A program made the position numbers and the translations under genes. The notes beneath the pieces are model-generated. The model was not told the origin of the DNA. It ran no database searches and saw only the letters and a list, made by a program, of their open reading frames with translations. Shown one piece after another: positions 23,642 to 36,320 of a DNA stretch of 64,000 nucleotides (positions are counted from its first letter, which is position 1; each line of letters opens with the position of its first letter). The DNA lies in the NCBI GenBank assembly GCA_950097015.1, contig CATNEN010000002.1, forward strand, positions 9,300,001 through 9,364,000, written 5' to 3'. Origin of the DNA: Macrostomum hystrix (Eukaryota > Animalia > Platyhelminthes).

Positions 23642-25832
23642 TGCAACCAAGCGGCAACTAAGGATACTGGTTATTTACTGAAATTTTTGACAAGACCCAA
23701 GCAACGAATAAGCATATGCTATCACGTCCGATGAACCCTGTTAAAGACGACATGAGAAATGCCTTACTTACCTTATCTTTAAGTCAGAAGTAGTTAAAGT
23801 CCGTCTCATCTTACCCTGGCTTTGCCTGACCACTAAATTAACACTTTTACTATGCGTACACGATCCTCAGTCGAATTCAAAGTACAGACGTCAGTTCGTG
23901 CTTTGTTTATAAAACGAAGTTTGTTAACAACTTTGCTACGATTTTATCCGTCTTTCATTACTTTTTAAGATACTGATTAAAAAGTAAAAGCACTATTGCA
24001 ACGAGTTTTCTAGAGTGCGTCGCCAATTCCGCGGAACTCCAGTGCAAGCATGGAGTCACGCGGAGTCACATCCTTCCGGCCGCAGCTCACAGATTCTTTG
24101 TTAGACATGAGACAGTCCCCCTCACAGTTTATTTGCAGCAAAAAATGTTGCTCTCATAAGCAGTCTGGGCTGCTGAATTCAACCCCTACTGGAAAGTCTT
24201 CCGTCGTGCTTTGGACAATTCTTTTCGGTCTGAAAACGTTTCATCTTTCTTCATGAAAAACTTTGCCGATCCGCCTATGACAACGAGCGGGATTCTATGT
24301 TGAATCAGAACGGACGACCTACTTCAGTACGTGCCACCTAACACGTAAATAAAGTTTTAGTCTTTAGCCAAATTTTTTACAACGTCCGACTTTAACAACA
24401 GCAAGTCAGTCAGCAGCTTCATAAGTACGACAGATGCGGAAAAATCTTTTTGGCCGCTTTCCGAAGCTTTTTTTCAATATACTTTTTCAAAGTTAGCTCG
24501 TATGCTCGCAGTTAGCGAGAAAAATCATGCCATATTGTATCAAAAGTGCATTGGTTGAGAACGTCAACAAGAATCAGCCAGTCCTAACCCGGAGAGACAA
24601 TGCCATAAATAGCTTCGCGGATCGTCTCCATGCGTTGAATACATTCAGTCCGTATCCAATTCTCGAAGACGTTGATTGATATCCAATCCATTTGGTCCAA
24701 CGCCGAGAGTCATTCGATTCCGTCAATCTCCGAGGCCGAGTAGCGTCGAAGAGATTTTAAGTCACTCGCAGCAAAGTGCTGCTCAAGATGATTAGCTCAG
24801 TCTCCCTGCGTTTGCACAGTTGCAAACAAAGAAGCTGAGTAGTATTTTATCACATACTTTTGGATTTTAATTACATAGGAACAACGTCAAAGTCTTTTAA
24901 TTCACTTTTGGCTGGAACAAAACTTTTCCCATCAGCTCGTTGCCCATGTTTCCTGCTTGAATTAGTTTCTCTACAATGAGGCACGCTGGTCGGGGCCTTC
25001 CGTACAGGTTTCCTGGCCATTGCTCGAAGGTTTTACTCGTAAGGCTTCCGTTTCTTTATTAAAAACGCAGCTTTAGTTTTTACGATACAAATCCAAGAAG
25101 CCAGAGCAGAGCCCCAAGTTTGGAAGTTGTATTGTTAATTAGAGTAATGCTTGCTGGACGATTTTCCTGACCAAAATGGGACACACACGTTCTACTGTTT
25201 ATTAAGTTACCGCATTATATGTTAATTTACTGGCATAATGTGCTATTGCCTTAATGCAGCACCTGCAGGAGTATTTCTGCTGACTTTCTGACTTATCAAT
25301 TAGAAAGTCGGGATGGTAACGGACTGAAAGTAACGACTTGTCAGCTTCGCTGGAATGTTGGGCCGCACAGTCAGCACCTTAGTCTTCGGCGTTTTGACAA
25401 CTAGGCCAAGGCAGGTTTTAAGGAGGGCATGTTTTACCCTCTGTGGTGACCTAAGTTATTCTTTGGTGCACTTTTGTGTAGTTCTGCATGCGATATGCGT
25501 TGCGTAACTCTGCACGAGGTTCTCTCTTAGTATCTCACCACTTACTATGCCAATTTCGTCATTGCACGTTGTGTACACTCATACTGTACATTCAATATAT
25601 TCAATATATAACAAATTGTGGATGCCTACTTGGCTTTGAACGTTTACTACCAACAAACTGCGTTTGGCCTACAAAACCCTCATTGAAATAAATTAGCCAA
25701 TTAATACAAAATTCGGCACTTGAAAGAATTAGAAAGTAGTCACATCAAAGTAGTCGCTTGTGTATCGACGCTGACAGTTTGACAAGCTCAATGAAAGCGC
25801 TAGACCAAGCCTCAGGAAAGAGCACAGCCTGA

Positions 25833-27566
25833 CTAGCTCTCCGCATCCGAGTCACACAAATCTAGGGCCCATTCGGGCGCACCACGAAGCTCCAGTTCCA
25901 CGCGGTGCTGGAAGGCGGCGCGGAATGCCAGTTGATGAGGCTCCGCAATAGCATAGCAGGACAGCAGAGCCAGGCGGGTCAGCCAAGGACAGCTGCTGAC
26001 GATGGAGGTGAGAGACTGTGAAGTCAGCTGTTTGCAGTTGTCCAGGCATAGCCACCGCAGACCCCTGGCGATCGGACTGGCGCAGATGTCGGCGACCGAC
26101 TCATCGGTGAGACTGGAGCCGCTGCAGATGGAGAAGAGCACCACAAACTCGCGCAGGTCGTGTGGGAAAGCGGAGAGTTCGCGCAATTTCGCCCAGGCCT
26201 GTCGGGTGAGGCGACTGCAGCTGCTGAGGCGGAGGTTACGCAGGCGGGGTAGCTGGATGAGCAGCGCTGACAAAAGCTCATCGTTGCAGTCAGTAAGGAC
26301 TAGGTGGGTGAGCTCTGTGGGATAAATGTGATGTGTCGTTGTTCAATGCCAGTACGTACTTGTGAGACTCTCGATCGCAATACAACCTAAAAAAATGAAA
26401 GTGGACAGCCGACTAACCGACTTGACTTAAGAGCTTCGTGTCTCACAAGTCTTCAAGAGTTTTGTGCACCGAATCAACTGACCAGCTTTCTTTCATTTAC
26501 TAGTACAACTCAACTTTGTGGTGCTTCCTCATCGCTCTAGAACAGGGGTCGGCAAACTCCGGCCCGCGGGCCAGATGCGGCCCTCGAAGCTCCCAAATCC
26601 GGCCCTTAGCTCCTCCTAACACCTATTCTAAAGTACACCCTATCTCATCTCTCTTGCGTCTTATCTCCCACGTCTCATCTCTCTTGCGTCTTATCTCCCA
26701 CGTCTCATCTCTCTTGCGTCTTGTCACCCCCGTCTCATCTCTCACCTGTCTCATCTCTCCTGTGTCTCATCTCTCCCCTTTCTTCATGCGGCCCGCCGTC
26801 GTCTTTAAGATTCTCTCTTTAGCCCGCGGGGGTATATACAGTTGGGTCAGCGGAATGAGTCCAAATTTCCGCGGAATTCTGTGTGAAAGCGTCCCCTGCT
26901 TGCTCTTCTCGGATTGGTGGGTGTCGGGCCAATAAACCGAGGGGAGGGGTTTTCGATGTCACTTGGGATTCCCCATCCTTGCACGCAGCAATTAATTTTC
27001 TACCTGGAATCTAGTGCTTGCACCTGGACAGCAATCGAAATAATTTTGAAAATTGATGAGAACAGCTTCGCCATAAACACGATTAGTTAGAATAAGAGAA
27101 AATGAGCCGCCGCTCATCAAGACAACCGACCATTTGGTTGCTAGTACTTTTTGACGCAGATGGTCTAGTAGATTCTATTGAATTTAAGCAGGCAGTGCCT
27201 AAAGTTGGAGAGCGAATAAACATAAACTACTATGGAGACGAACAGCTTGTCGAAGTCTTAGCAGTGTCAGGTGAGCTAAAGCTTCATATCTGCATACGCT
27301 ACTCAATTCACTAATGCATTCAATAATTCAGTCTTTCTTTTCATTTTCTCATTTTCTCTACCTTTTCCTGCCGAGCGAAGAAACCAACATCTCCGTTCCT
27401 GCCGGAATGGTCAGCAGGGCTGACCATAGGCACACTCATTTTTTCAAAGCAGGCAACATCACAAGTCCTTTCCTGCACTTTTTATCGGCAGCAACGGAAT
27501 ACAAGTTAGGCAGGTTAAGGTTAATGGGCGGCCCTCGCCTACCCCGCTGTGTCAGCTTCGACCACC

Positions 27567-27599
<33 letters not shown>

Positions 27600-30500
27600 C
27601 AAAATCCTCTCCTCCACTCTTTCGTCTTTCCTCTATACCACTAACTGACTCTAAATTGTAGTACAGTTCAGATATTGCAATGTAAAATTTTTGTTCTTCT
27701 TCAGATGACAAGGCCATTGTTCGGCAAGCCGACTTTGACTTTAACAAAAGCTCACGGTTGAAGGCCATCGAAGAAGAAAAAAAGTGCAGAGAAGAACAAC
27801 ACGCACCTTCGACTGGCGGCTTCCTTGATGTGCATGTACATGCTCACCAACCTACTGTTCCCAACAAGGTGCACCAAGCCGCCCCTTCCACTATTCTACC
27901 CAATACTCTGAAGAGAAAGGCATCGTCTTCTTTAACAGTGGCGAGTAAAATTCTTAAGAAATCAAAGGCACAGAAGACTGCCCCTGCTTCAGTTATCAGC
28001 CGCGCGATGCCCCCTACAGAAACTAATCAGCAGGAAGCGGCTGCCAACGCAGCCATTCGAGATCCGGCTCTGACTGAGACAGTCAGCTCACTCTCCGAGT
28101 CATCATTAACCAGAGTGCTAGGAAGTGTTGATAAGATTCTGGAATTCAACCGTCTCAGACAGAATGAAGGAGGCGCCATTAATTCTTTGATAGTGGAACA
28201 GTTGAACGAGCTTTCGACAAGCATCAAGCTGATTCAAAAGGATTTAGCGGAGATAAAGGAAAGTGTATGCTTTCTAGCCTTGCAAGCGACCACAGCCGTC
28301 TCACAGACTCCGCGGCCTGAGACTCTTCGGCACGGGACTCCGCTACCCGTGACTCAGCGGCATGAGACTCCGCTACCCGTGACTCCGCGGCTTGAGACTC
28401 CGCTACCCGTGACTCAGCGGCATGAGACTTCGCTACCCGTGACTCAGCGGCATGAGACTCCGCTACCCGTGACTCCGCGGCTTGAGACTCCGCTACCCGT
28501 GACTCCGCTGCATGAGACTCCGCTACTCGTGACTCCGCGGCTTGAGACTCCGCGGCACGAGACTCCACGCCACGAGACTCCGCGGATTGAGAAAGTCGAA
28601 ATCCCGATCGACATGATTGACCCACGTTGTCAGTCACTATCGAAGTACGATGAAATGGGAGACTTTCAAAGTCCTGTCTATTACTCTGCTGAATCCCTAG
28701 ACCCACGCTTGCTTCATACCTTGAAAATTCAAAGCAACAATGCGAGGTACTTTGCCAAGCTGTTGTCTAGGATTTCCATCCCAGGTTTTGAGCGCTTCAA
28801 AATGACCATGGGGAATCAACGTGCGGATGGAAAGAAGGCATTCCCGAAGCACATCTTTGACGTTGTTCTTGAGGTCACGAGCAGGCATTTTCAAGGCGTA
28901 TCACGAGAGCTGGTTGTCGGCGCAATCAACGAGGAAACAAGGAAGCTGCTCAGCGAGGTGCGCAACTGTCACATCAAAAGAAAGTGCTGCTACTGCAAAA
29001 TGCGATCCTAACTCATTCCTGTGCATGGTTTATTCAAGCGCATAACATTGGCGAAAATGATTGCCAGCGTAGTACATGTAATACTTCCAATGAGTAATGA
29101 CCCTCCTTTCTCCCAGGGAGGAAGGGTTTCTTATTTTATGTAATTGAAAGCGTGTCAAATGTTTTCGGGCTAACTTTTGCCTCTCGCCTAAAGTATCGCG
29201 AATTCCAGAAATGGGTAACCGGAATTTAATTTCGTAATCCTAAGGTTGCCGACCCCTGCTCTAGAAGATTATCAAAAAGACCTTGGCCCCCTCACCCGAG
29301 CAGCCCGACAAGCCGGTCCGAAGCCCTTCAATGCCGCCGCAGTTGTTGTTGAAGTCCAGCTGCAGCCGAGTGAGTTTCGCTGGCAGCCGAGTCTGCAGAT
29401 CCGCCTCGGTCAGGCTGCCGCACAGGAGACGCAGCTGCTGAAAGTCGGGCCGCAAGCTGCCAACAACGCGGCGGTAGCCAGCGCTGTCTAGCGGCTTGCA
29501 GTACGGCACTTCCAGGCAGCTTAACTGCGGACAGCCTTTCAGAAGCGCGACGAGACCATCGGCCGTCAAATCTCGAAGGCCAAACCAAGGAGACGCCTGC
29601 CTGACAGAGCGGAGGCCGGGGCAGGAAACAGCCAGCGCCTTCGCGAGTCCGTCGATAAAGTCCGAGTCGTGCAGCGTCAGCCCGGACAGACAGGGCAGGC
29701 GGGGCAGCACCGGCTCCAGTCCTGATGGGAGCGGGTGGCAGCGATTTAAGCTCCGAGACCTTCTGATATCATCCTAATGATTGCCTCAATAGAAACGCTT
29801 CCAGCGTCTAGGCTTATTGAGTAGTTATAGCTAAGAAGCAAATGAAAAATCAAATCGCTTCGAATACGAGTACGCCGTTACAAAACGTCGAATGCGTCTC
29901 GGACAATGCTGACGACTCGTTAACGAGGCTCTAGAGTCATTAGAGTCGCTTGCGACGATAAGAGAGGTGTTTAAGTAGTATACAGGGCATTCGCACCATT
30001 TTCACCGTACGTGTGTCAGACTTACCAGACTCCAAGAGCCTCCAAACGGTTAAGGAGGTCAGCTCTGGGCACCTGGGCAGATCAAGATCACCGAACGGAA
30101 AGCTGCCGTGAAGGTTCAGAGAAACCAGGCGAGCCGCTAAACTGCCAAGCAATGTCAAGGATCTTTCGCTGTTTAACGAGATCTCTAAGTGTGACAGTTT
30201 CGGACAGCCAGCCAGCAGCTGCGCTACAGAGTTAGCAGTCAGCACCTGCGTGCTGCCGCATTCGAGCAGCCGCAGGCTTCGAAGCTGAGGACAACAGCGA
30301 CCCAGAGCAGTCAGCGGGTTCTCGGCATCTTCACAAATCATCGGCTTGTATATAGTGAGGCTCTGTAGGCTGAGTGACTCGGATAGCAGGGCAGCCACGC
30401 ATCCACTGCGGACACGAAAGTCCAGCTCCAGCAGCGAGCCGGACATCCAGCTCGAGATACGGCCTAGCAACTCCGCGGTGATCACCGAAGGCTTGCCGTA

Positions 30501-30674
30501 AATGACGAGTCGGCGCCACAGCCGAGGTTGCATGGCGAGATTGTACCAGCGGCGGCTCAGCTGGGCGCAGCGGGCGCGGCTGGTTTGGTCCAGCATCGCC
30601 AGGATCCGCGTCAGGACTTCAGATGGCAGCCAATCCATCAGGCAGGGACTGGAGCAGTCTGTAGAGTTTTTCAT
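25833..30674 (-). CDS. F-box/LRR (FBXL-like) protein, 3 exons: 30674-30026, 29721-29296, 26314-25833 (1557 nt, in frame)
   Basis: F-box LMDWLPSEVLTRILAMLD...RARCAQLSRRWYNLAMQPRLWR. Cys-containing LRRs CPQLRSLRL, CPGLRSV, LDNCKQLTSQSL...CPWLTRL. Donors GTAAGT and GTGAGG and the acceptors give matching phase-1 junctions. Confidence 0.85.
26543..29258 (+). mobile_element. Non-autonomous hAT (Charlie/Buster-type ends) element, 2716 bp, carrying a BEN-domain-like gene; lies in F-box intron 2
   Basis: TIR CAGGGGTCGGCAA / TTGCCGACCCCTG (13 bp perfect). Perfect 8-bp TSD CTCTAGAA at 26535-26542 and 29259-29266 (nTCTAGAn target typical of this group). No transposase motifs inside. Confidence 0.9.
27102..29011 (+). 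CDS. Two-exon cargo gene (27102-27270, 27705-29011): N-terminal WLLVLF module, coiled coil, Thr-Pro repeats, C-terminal BEN-like domain
   Basis: GTGAGC donor and ttcttcAG acceptor join in frame. Coiled coil EQLNELSTSIKLIQKDLAEIKES. C-terminal NNARYFAKLLSRI...MGNQRADGKKAFPKHIFDVVLEVTSRHF...VVGAINEETRK follows the BEN helical pattern (recognised by eye). Confidence 0.65.
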
Positions 30675-31124
30675 GTCTCTATCCCAGCTGAGACCAAGAG
30701 CTCAGAATTGAAAATCACGTGATTTCCATCATCCATGTAACAAAACTAATAATACCTAAATTGTTAATGGAAGCTATGCACACAGTATGGAAAGATAAGC
30801 CTGAAGAAATATCACTCACTAAAAATGTTGATGTACATGTGTATTGTACAAGTAGACTATTGAAACTGTTTATATACAAGCATATGTACATTATCAGAAA
30901 AGCTTTCTGATTGAAACTTTGTGTTTCAATTATCATCATTAATATTACATAGTCTGTGTGTTAAGACAAATAAAACAAATATAAGCTTAAAATTAAGAGT
31001 TAGATATTAACAAAGACTAGGTCAACTGGTCAGGAAAAAAATGGCTTGATGCTCTATATATATGGCTTTATAACTAATTTCACTAATAATTAATTAATTA
31101 ATAATTGATTACACATGTCCAATT

Positions 31125-31395
31125 GGGCCAGATGTGCACAGCCAACAGCACAGCTGCAGCTATTGTGTGGTGCATCTGAAGGCTGCATATGGCTGATCAG
31201 TCCATGGACTGGGAGATGCCACACCCACCTTCAATTATCCTAGCTAATGCTGGTACCCATTTAACAGCTGGGTGAACTGAAGCAATGCAGAGTTAAGTGT
31301 CTTGCTAAAAGACACAAATTGTTCCAGTAGAGCGAGGAATCAAACCCCACCTTTAAGTCGTGAGTCTGACACTCTAACCACAGGGCTACAGCTTC
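31125..31395 (-). mobile_element. SINE family Y copy
   Basis: gcatctgaaggctgc...gctggtacccatttaacagctgggtgaactgaagc...gtcgtgagtctgacactctaaccacagggctaca. Confidence 0.75.
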
Positions 31396-33079
31396 TTATA
31401 TTACTAATATCACTAACAAACCACTTATATCTAGTTAAAGGGCTCTATATTAATCTTACTATATAAAATACACTAGTAATATAATATGATAAAAGTTAGA
31501 AAACACTCTGAAGCTATTTTATAGCATATTTTAAAAGACCATTCTTTAGGTAGGTAGGCTAGACAGGTAGGCTAGAAAAACAACTACCTAGGCAAGCATA
31601 TGTTTTAAATGTAGCACTGAGTTAACAACAATTGTACTTGACATTTTTAGTTTTTTGCAGTATAATATATCATAGAGAATAAAGTCCAGTAGGGCCAATA
31701 GTTTAAATAATAATTTGCTAGCCATAAATAACTACTAGGCCTACTGTAGTACTGCACTACTGAGTAGGGCCTACTACTGTAGAGTTTGAATATTTGTAAT
31801 GGCTAACAATATAAAAGCCAAAATAACATTATAAACATATAGGTAAATTACAATCACATTATAATATAAAAGTGAAACTAAAGTAAAACTATATCATGAA
31901 AGAGAACCTTTATAAAGAGAAATATCATTAAAACCTTGCTTTAGGGACCACTTGACTGTCTTATACAGCTTATCACAATAAAATAAAACTTTTTAACAAT
32001 AGCTAACTACATCATACCTATTAAAAACAGCATTAGGCTGTATATGCAATATTCAGCTTAGATTGATATAGCAATGACTCTCTTCATTTGCAGAGATAAA
32101 ATAAAAGCCAGTTAACAAGTCAACAGTAACAAATAGTGGCAAAATGTATTCCAAGTAAAACTCTATGCAAAGAACTAATAGCATAAACAACGTATTAAAA
32201 TCAGTATTTCGAATGAAGGGTACCTGACGAAGGGTACCTGACATCCTGACGAATGTTAAGCATAGAAAATTGCATATTTATATCAAGCGTAAGCTCGAGA
32301 GTAACTTATGCACTCTGACTGCACACGTGCAAATTACGGTTCATTTTTTAATAATGATCAGACCTCTTCGCGCTATCTATAATTATTTTAAGTTAAACTG
32401 AGAAAACTAGTAAGCATTTCGTAAAAAACGTCTAATTCTTCACTAGCAGTTGATAGTTTAAAGTAAAATAGAGTATCCGTTTGTTTTAAATCGATTCTTA
32501 TTGAAAGCCGATACATTTTCAATCGTATTGACGGTGTGTAAGTGTAACAATACTTAAAAAGCACAATAGGCAAGCTATGAAACCTTAGTTTCAAGGACTT
32601 TTTATATTTCTAGAATACTAATCTTTCTATACTAGTACCACTATTATAGAGTACTAGTATTCTAGATGTCCTACCTAGTTTATAAGTAATTTGTTTGATG
32701 TAGATGCATGCAAAAGCTAGCTATTTTGTTATACGGACAATGCTGTACTAGTGCATGTCTACAGCTCAATTTTACAAAAAAGAAAAATAACTCAGTTTAC
32801 TTTTTACGTACATAATGCACAAATGTTCTTAGTGTTATGCTTGCAAATGTATGCATTGTGTAGGCAATGTAGAAAATTATTTTTTTGTTTAAACAAGGCA
32901 AAGAACATACGCTCGTAATCACACTGAGGGCTGTCCGGCTGTTCCATCCGTCGTAACGGTGGCGAGTTCCTGCTGTGGTGGTGTTGACTCAGCCTGAATG
33001 AATTGCATGGTTTGTCAAGTGCACAAAATATTATCTGAATTTATCTGCACACCCCGCATATCGAATTGTTGATCTTCCC

Positions 33080-35030
33080 AACAGAAGCAACACGACTTAC
33101 CCGCGGGCCGCTGGCACGGAATCGCAGCTCAACCAGCGCGGTTGCGGCTGGCACAAGAGCAGCAAAAAGCAGCAGCAGAAAAATGCCGAGCAGATCGCCT
33201 GGTCTGAGCGACCTTGGCGCTGGGCTGCGCTGCTGCTTGGGCGCACAATACCAGAAGGATTTTCTAAACCAGCGCGCTATCGCGTTGTCGAGGTCGCCAT
33301 TCGTCTTTAGTTAAATTATCGCCGCGTCCAGAGGCTGCTTCAACGGGGAGCCTGCGGGCGGCAGGTGCCAACACCTTAGCTGTAAAGTATGAAGTCCGCA
33401 CGAGAGTAGTTTAGTGTGGTGCGAAGAAAACGTACGGCCCCAGTTGGCCAAGCATGCGTCTTTTTATATAATATTATTTAGGGCTGTTCTGCTGGCATTG
33501 CCGCAACGTTTGGCGACAGTCGACCCGCAATCAGCAAGGAAATATTTCTGCCCATTCCACTGGCCCCTCAGCTTATTCAGAGTGTTACACAGGCACTCAC
33601 ACGCACACACGCAGGTGTACCTCTGCCCAGACTTTCTCAACACCAGGCTGTGTGCTCTCTCCCTGTGCCTTGAGTGTTGGCCCTAACGGATAAAATTTCC
33701 ATGACAAGTCGACATGAATAAAAAAATTTGATTAATAATTCTTATGAATCGGTCATCACAAAGCAGAGACATTAGTTGCATTTAGGCATGAGAAATAATT
33801 TTATTGTAATGGACGCGATTTTATAGAATGCTTGCTTATATTTCAACAAGCTATGACTCTCAGCCTTTGCAATGGCCAGTCCGTAGTCTCGGGTCAGCAG
33901 TCCGGTGGGCACTGACTCCAGGTCGCACTCCATTGCAGCGATGTATTCGGTGGAGCCCTGCTCGCCAATAAAAATATAGTCATCGTGCTTCACCTTCGTC
34001 ACGGCCTCGAAGCTGCTACGAGCTCGTATTCACCACGCTCTCGGGTCTTGACATCGCCAACTCACCCAGCCTTCTGAGGTCGGGCTGGTTTGAAGTCTGA
34101 AATTGTTTTTCTGACATTCTTTTACATATGAACTTCTCGAGAAATAACTTGTGTATGAGGCTCAGCCCTGTGTCCCTAGATGTGGATTACTGTGTTTACT
34201 GTGCCGATAACTTTGGCCATAGACTGTTGGAGCATTGCTGCACGCTCAGACTAAATAATTGTTGCTTGCTTCAACTGTCTATGGGTGATGCAATAAAAAT
34301 CATTCAATGCGACCATATGTTTAAGAAACTCATCGCCATTTTCTACTTCATCATCGCTAGCAAAACTTTTCAAAGCATTGATTTGCCTTTCGTGTCACTC
34401 ACGCTTGTCCATTTGCTAGTCGTGCCCCCTCTGATAATGAGTAAGGGCACGGTCGACTGCTCCAGCACCTCACGTAGGCTGCTGTACTTTCGGGATTCGA
34501 CCGGCTCGCTGAACATTAGTCGGGAAGCCAGACAGGCCGTGTAGCAACAGGCCGTAGCGAGGGCGAAAAGCCACCAAGCCAGGACCAGAATGCGAACGGA
34601 TGCATGAACGGATAACTCGTAGTTAAAACTGGCTGATTTGCAAGGCATGAAAAGCCGATCATCAGCGGCTGATAAACTCATTCACAAGTTAGCTGTCGAT
34701 GCAACCCATTGTTAAAAACTGCAGTGAATCGAGACACACAGACTCAGATTGAGCCACTCCAATGGAAGGCTCACAAGGCCAAAAATACCAGAGTGACGAT
34801 CTGACCGATCATGCCGTTCCAGCTGTTGGTTCCAACTCGGGAGCCGAAAATCCCGTCTGCGACCAGGGAGATCCGGTACTGGAACTGCAGCTCCCTCTGC
34901 AGCAGGTTGAGCATGTTACCGAAGCAATTAACACCAGGAAACGGTTTTCCTGGGGCAGAAGCAGAGGATATGGCAGTGCTATGAGCAGCTTGTGTTGGAT
35001 TTGGGACAAACATCATCCAGTGTGACAAAA
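33080..35030 (-). pseudogene. Ionotropic glutamate receptor / IR-like gene with inactivating lesions (further 5' exons possibly up to ~36800)
   Basis: S1 LVADGIFG....SWNGMIGQIV; M3 WWLFALATACCYTACLAS; S2 FIGEQGSTEY...CDL...DYGLAIAK; GSPLKQPLDAAII*LKTNGDLD...RWF; M4 LLGIFLLLLFAAL. In-frame TAA at ~33311, a frameshift near 34020, and M1/M2 not found between S1 and M3. Confidence 0.7.
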
Positions 35031-36014
35031 TGCTTCCTTCTTAGAGCAACTTTCGGTTTTAAAATTTTGCAATTTACTGACAGTTTAACATAAATAGTCC
35101 CTTTATCATCGATGATTTCCTGTTTCACTCGAATTAAAAAAATAACATTTTACTGATAAATAGATAGAGTATGAGCAGCATCTCTGGAACTTTATGAGTT
35201 TCCAAATACTCGTACAACTGCTGCTTCAGTGCGCATTCAACGGCTGTGAATAGCTGTTCAGTCCATGGACTTGTTTAAGTTCAAAACTCATTGTTTTGTG
35301 TTCCGTGCTCAAGGATACAAACTTATTGAGCTTCAGATTGAAGTCCCGACTCATCGGCGACAAATCCGGAGCCCCAAACAATAGGCTAAAAACTCGCTTT
35401 GATGAACAAAAGCATGCGTACAGTTCTTGAGCATATAGTGTATAATATCGTTTCGACTTCATTTATAAAACCGATTGGCACAGGTAACCGATAAAACGTG
35501 TGTCCTGTTTATAGTGATAGACAAAAGCATGGGCAGAAATGTCGCACTCAAGGTGCAAGGTGGCAACGTCCGGGTCTCATTTATCCTGGCGACCCTGCGG
35601 CTGAGGACGGCCCCGCCTCACATCGACCCGCAGCCGGCTGAGCAGGAAGTGAAAACTGCGCATCTCCTCCGGCGAGACATTGTGAAATGAGATCGACGAG
35701 CTGCTGCAGCAGCGCTGGCCCTGGTGAGGCGGAGTGACGAGGGGAGCTCGCACTGAGTATTACTGATTGCGATCTCCCCAGCCCACAACTGCCAATGAGA
35801 AGAACTCACGGACTGCACAGGCCGCAGGCTGTAGTGCCACAGCCAGTGGGTGGTTGGCCACTTGCCAAAGTCCAGGTGGCTGGCCACGCTCAGGGGGTGG
35901 AATCGCTCGCCACCGTCCCTGCCGGGGTCGAAGGAGTCCACGAACTCGACGCCCGACCGCTCCATGCAGGCGCCTGGCAAAGATTTGCGCGACTGAGTAG
36001 GATTTTGCTGGCTC

Positions 36015-36320
36015 AGCCATACTGCGGGCAATGGCACATCATTTGGTGACGGTAGGCCCGCAGACAGCGAGGAGGCAATTCTGCTCACTTCTCTGAATCA
36101 TCAGCACACACGCACACAGACACCGTACGCAGGCACACGCTCACACAGGTGTGATATCTGCCCTGAATTTCTTATCGTCAGGCAGTGTACACTCTCACTG
36201 TGCCTTGGCAAGCCCCACAAACCCTCTCTCTCTCCGCGGCTGCGCCCCAAATGAATGTGGCGTCGCCGCGGAATCGAGTTTAGGGACCTTGGTGCGTTAG
36301 ACCGCTCTGCCGCTCACTCC
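36015..36320 (-). mobile_element. SINE family X copy
   Basis: Reverse complement matches the 9861 copy from head (ggagtgagcggcagagcggtc) to 3' end. Confidence 0.75.

Noticed and set aside
23700-25500. Short open stretches that might be a gene relic
   Set aside because: No recognisable motifs or consistent splice structure.
11963-29258. Local hAT transposase as mobiliser of the BEN-carrying element
   Set aside because: The TIRs share only CAGGGG, and the TSDs differ in type (GTCTGAGC vs CTCTAGAA).
33305-33316. Stop-codon reassignment or read-through (TAA = Gln) in the iGluR
   Set aside because: Long ORFs elsewhere use the standard code without internal TAA, and the gene has other lesions.
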